In this document: positions 61,400-64,000 of the stretch, one piece after another
Position numbering within the stretch: position 1 is the stretch's first letter
Layout: the number at the start of each line of letters is the position of its first letter
From: Alphaproteobacteria bacterium
GTDB lineage: Bacteria; Pseudomonadota; Alphaproteobacteria; SP197
Reading direction: 5' to 3'
NCBI GenBank assembly: GCA_964291415.2
Contig: OZ219920.1
Span: 1,344,001-1,408,000 of the forward strand
Length of the DNA stretch: 64,000 nt
Program-made: the position numbers and the translations under genes
The notes under the pieces: generated by a model
What the model was told of the DNA's origin: nothing
The model's database searches: none
Seen by the model: only the letters and a program-made list of their open reading frames with translations

Positions 61400-63415
61400 A
61401 TGGCGAATGGTTGGAAAGTCGGCATCGATGTCGGTGGCACGTTCACCGACGTGATCGCGACCCACCAGGCGCTTGGCGAGACAAGAGTGGCAAAGGTGCC
61501 GACGCGCACCGATGACCGCATTGCCGGATTGGTGTCTGCACTCCAGGCGGTCGGTCTCGCGTGGTCAGACGTGGACGACCTGATTCACGGCACCACCATC
61601 GTCACCAACGCCATCATCGAGGGCGACCATGCCAAGGTTGCGCTGATCGCCACGCGCGGGTTTTCCGATACACTTGAAATCGGTCGCCAGAACCGGCGTC
61701 ACCTCTACCGCCTCGACTTGCCTCCCAAACTCCCGTCACAGGTGCCGGCCAAACGCCGGTTTGAAGTCACCGAGCGGCTCGATCACGATGGCCGGGTCCG
61801 GACCGCCCTGGATCCGAACTCCGTGGAGGATGCCATCGGACGCGCCGAGCGGAGCGGAGCCGAAGCGGTCGCCGTGTCTCTGCTGCATTCCTATGCCAAC
61901 TCCGTCCACGAGGAGGCCCTGGGCGAGAGTCTGCGCTCGCGATTCAGGTTCGTTGCGCTCTCGCACCGGGTCAATCCGGAGGCGCGCGAATACGAACGCA
62001 CCGCAACGACCGCGTTGAGCGCCGGCGTCATGCCCCTGGCAGCGGCCTATCTCGACGATCTGGACGCGGCGAAGCCCGGCAATTCCCGGCTGCACTTCTT
62101 CCATTCCGCCGGAGGGATGGCGTCACCGCACGTTTTACGCGACCTTCCACTCGGCCTCGCGGCCTCTGGTCCTGCTGCAGGCGCTGCCGCCGCGGCGCAG
62201 TTGGCTCGCACGCTCGGGATCGAGCGCGCCATCAGTTTCGACATGGGCGGCACCACCACCGATGTCTGCCTGATCATCGACGGAAAAGAGCAGGTCACGA
62301 GTGATCGTTCCATCGGTGGTCGGCCCTTGCGCCAGCCCATGGTGGCCGTGGAATCCATCGGTGCGGGCGGCGGGTCAATCGCCCGGCTCGATCACGGCTC
62401 CCTGACAGTCGGACCGGAGAGCGCCGGCGCCGACCCGGGACCCGCCTGCTACGCCAGAGGCGGCGAAGCGCCAACTGTGACCGACGCCAATCTGGTGCTT
62501 GGATACATGGATGCGAACAGTGTCCTTGGCGGATCACTCCGCCTTGATGTTGCTGCGGCTCAAGACGTGATTGCAGAACTGTCCGCGGCCATGGGCATGA
62601 CGATGGAGGGCGCCGCTTCCGGCATCATCAAGGTGGCCAACGCGGCACTGTCGCGTGCGCTGCGCCGTGTCACCGTGGAGCGCGGTATCGACGGGCGTAC
62701 CTGCACCCTTCTTGCATTCGGCGGCGCGGGCCCGATGCATGCGGTGGCGCTGGCCCGTGCCTTTTCCATCGGCAACGTGATTGTTCCCGCCCACTCCAGC
62801 ATGTTCTCGGCGCTCGGATGCGTCGGCGCGAGGATGAGCCATGCACAGCAGAGTACGTTGCGCGCGGCCTCTGAAGGCTGGGACGCCGAAGGGGTGGAGC
62901 GGACGCGACAGGCGCTTCGAACAACCCTGGCTGCGCCCCTTGAGGCAGCCGGTCATGATGACGATACGCTCACGGTCGAGGAGGTTGCATCGATTCGCTA
63001 CCGGGGCCAGAGCTACGCAATCGAGATCCCTGGCGCGACCCTTGACGATCCGGAATGCCTGGGGCGTGAATTCCGGGACCGCCATCGGGCGCTCTACGGC
63101 TTCGCGACCGACGATCCGTGGGAACTGGTGTCGATTCGTGTGCGGGTCTCGGCCCCCCGCGAATGCACGTCCTGTCCGCCCATCGCCAGGACAACAGAAG
63201 CACTCTCGCCAATCAGGACATCGTCCTGCGCGTTCGAATCGGGCGCACGCGTGCCAACTCCACGTTACGATCGCGCCAGCCTGAGGGCCGACAGCACGCT
63301 GAGCGGGCCGGTCATCATCGACGACGCGTGGTCGACCATTGTCGTTCCGCCCGGCGCGACGTTGACGGCCGACGTCGACGGCCATCTGCATATCGCCACG
63401 GGGGTCGGGTCGTGA
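61400..63415 (+). CDS. hyuA: Hydantoinase A/5-oxoprolinase family, ATP-binding subunit
   Basis: GIDVGGTFTD, HGTT, SGPAAG, DMGGTTTD, GAGGGS, GPESAGADPGPACY. Confidence 0.92.
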   Translation: MANGWKVGIDVGGTFTDVIATHQALGETRVAKVPTRTDDRIAGLVSALQAVGLAWSDVDDLIHGTTIVTNAIIEGDHAKVALIATRGFSDTLEIGRQNRRHLYRLDLPPKLPSQVPAKRRFEVTERLDHDGRVRTALDPNSVEDAIGRAERSGAEAVAVSLLHSYANSVHEEALGESLRSRFRFVALSHRVNPEAREYERTATTALSAGVMPLAAAYLDDLDAAKPGNSRLHFFHSAGGMASPHVLRDLPLGLAASGPAAGAAAAAQLARTLGIERAISFDMGGTTTDVCLIIDGKEQVTSDRSIGGRPLRQPMVAVESIGAGGGSIARLDHGSLTVGPESAGADPGPACYARGGEAPTVTDANLVLGYMDANSVLGGSLRLDVAAAQDVIAELSAAMGMTMEGAASGIIKVANAALSRALRRVTVERGIDGRTCTLLAFGGAGPMHAVALARAFSIGNVIVPAHSSMFSALGCVGARMSHAQQSTLRAASEGWDAEGVERTRQALRTTLAAPLEAAGHDDDTLTVEEVASIRYRGQSYAIEIPGATLDDPECLGREFRDRHRALYGFATDDPWELVSIRVRVSAPRECTSCPPIARTTEALSPIRTSSCAFESGARVPTPRYDRASLRADSTLSGPVIIDDAWSTIVVPPGATLTADVDGHLHIATGVGS

Positions 63416-64000
63416 GCGCCGGGATCGACCCTGTGACCCTGGAGGTGATTCGCCACGCGCTGACGGCGACAGCGGAGGAGATGTCGCTCGTGGTCATGCG
63501 CTCGGCGCGTTCGCCTCTCCTGCGCGAGGCCGGCGATCTCTCCTCGGCGCTGACCGATGCCGACGGCCATCTCATCGCCCAGGGCCGCGACATCCCCATG
63601 CACATGGGAGTCATGAGCTTCACCGTCCGCGAGTTTCTGAAGCGGGTGCCGCGTGAGCGCCTCGCGCCGGCAGACACGTGGTTTCTCAACCTGCCGGAGG
63701 TTGGCGGAAACCACCTTCCCGATGTCAAGGCGATCCGCCCTATCTTCACGCAAGGCGAGATCGTGGCTTTTGCCGTGAGCCTCGCGCACTGGGCGGACAT
63801 TGGCGGGGCCGTTCCAGGCAGTTACGTCGCAAACGCCACCGATGCCTGGCAGGAAGGACTTCGCATCCCTCCCTTCCGCCTCTTCACCGCGGCCGGCCCC
63901 GACCGCGAGAAGCTCGACATGATCGCTGCCAATGTGCGGGGTGCCGAAGAGCGCGAGGGTGACATTCTGGCGCAGGTTGCGGCAGGGCGGGCCGCCGAGA
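63412..64000 (+). CDS. hyuB: Hydantoinase B/oxoprolinase family subunit (partial, runs off the window edge)
   Basis: Not in ORF track. GTGA overlap; manual translation gives IDPVTLEVIRHALTATAEEM...SPLLREAGDLS...GGNHLPD...HWADIGG...QEGLRIPP. Confidence 0.9.
   Translation, partial: MSAGIDPVTLEVIRHALTATAEEMSLVVMRSARSPLLREAGDLSSALTDADGHLIAQGRDIPMHMGVMSFTVREFLKRVPRERLAPADTWFLNLPEVGGNHLPDVKAIRPIFTQGEIVAFAVSLAHWADIGGAVPGSYVANATDAWQEGLRIPPFRLFTAAGPDREKLDMIAANVRGAEEREGDILAQVAAGRAAE

Overview
A GC-rich chromosomal segment whose gene content and order point to an alphaproteobacterium, probably Rhodospirillales-like (inferred). The backbone is housekeeping: folK-rpoZ-spoT-lepB-rnc-era-recO-parC, clpS-clpA, dapA-smpB, gatCAB and ruvX-pyrB-pyrC'-plsY-topA-rnr. 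Accessory genes are interleaved: a cobalt-type nitrile hydratase pair plus a TakP-type TRAP transporter directly behind parC, a TPP enzyme, a heterodimeric ABC exporter, an orphan AAA ATPase beside a probable LacI remnant, a phasin with PhaR-type boxes, an amidase/MaoC pair, a three-domain Rid (YjgF) protein, an RHH/PIN toxin-antitoxin module, an orphan family-5 SBP and hydantoinase A/B. The ORF track missed a partial 2OG-Fe(II) oxygenase at the left edge and hydantoinase B at the right edge. I saw no rRNA, tRNA, CRISPR array, transposase or integrase. Strongest leads: the TA module bracketed by a degenerate duplicate of the carbonic anhydrase 3' end, the Arg-less triple-Rid protein, the activator-less NHase/TRAP cassette, and a perfect CtrA box upstream of a small uncharacterised gene. 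Product calls come from motif recognition only; no database search was run, and many start codons were re-picked by eye.
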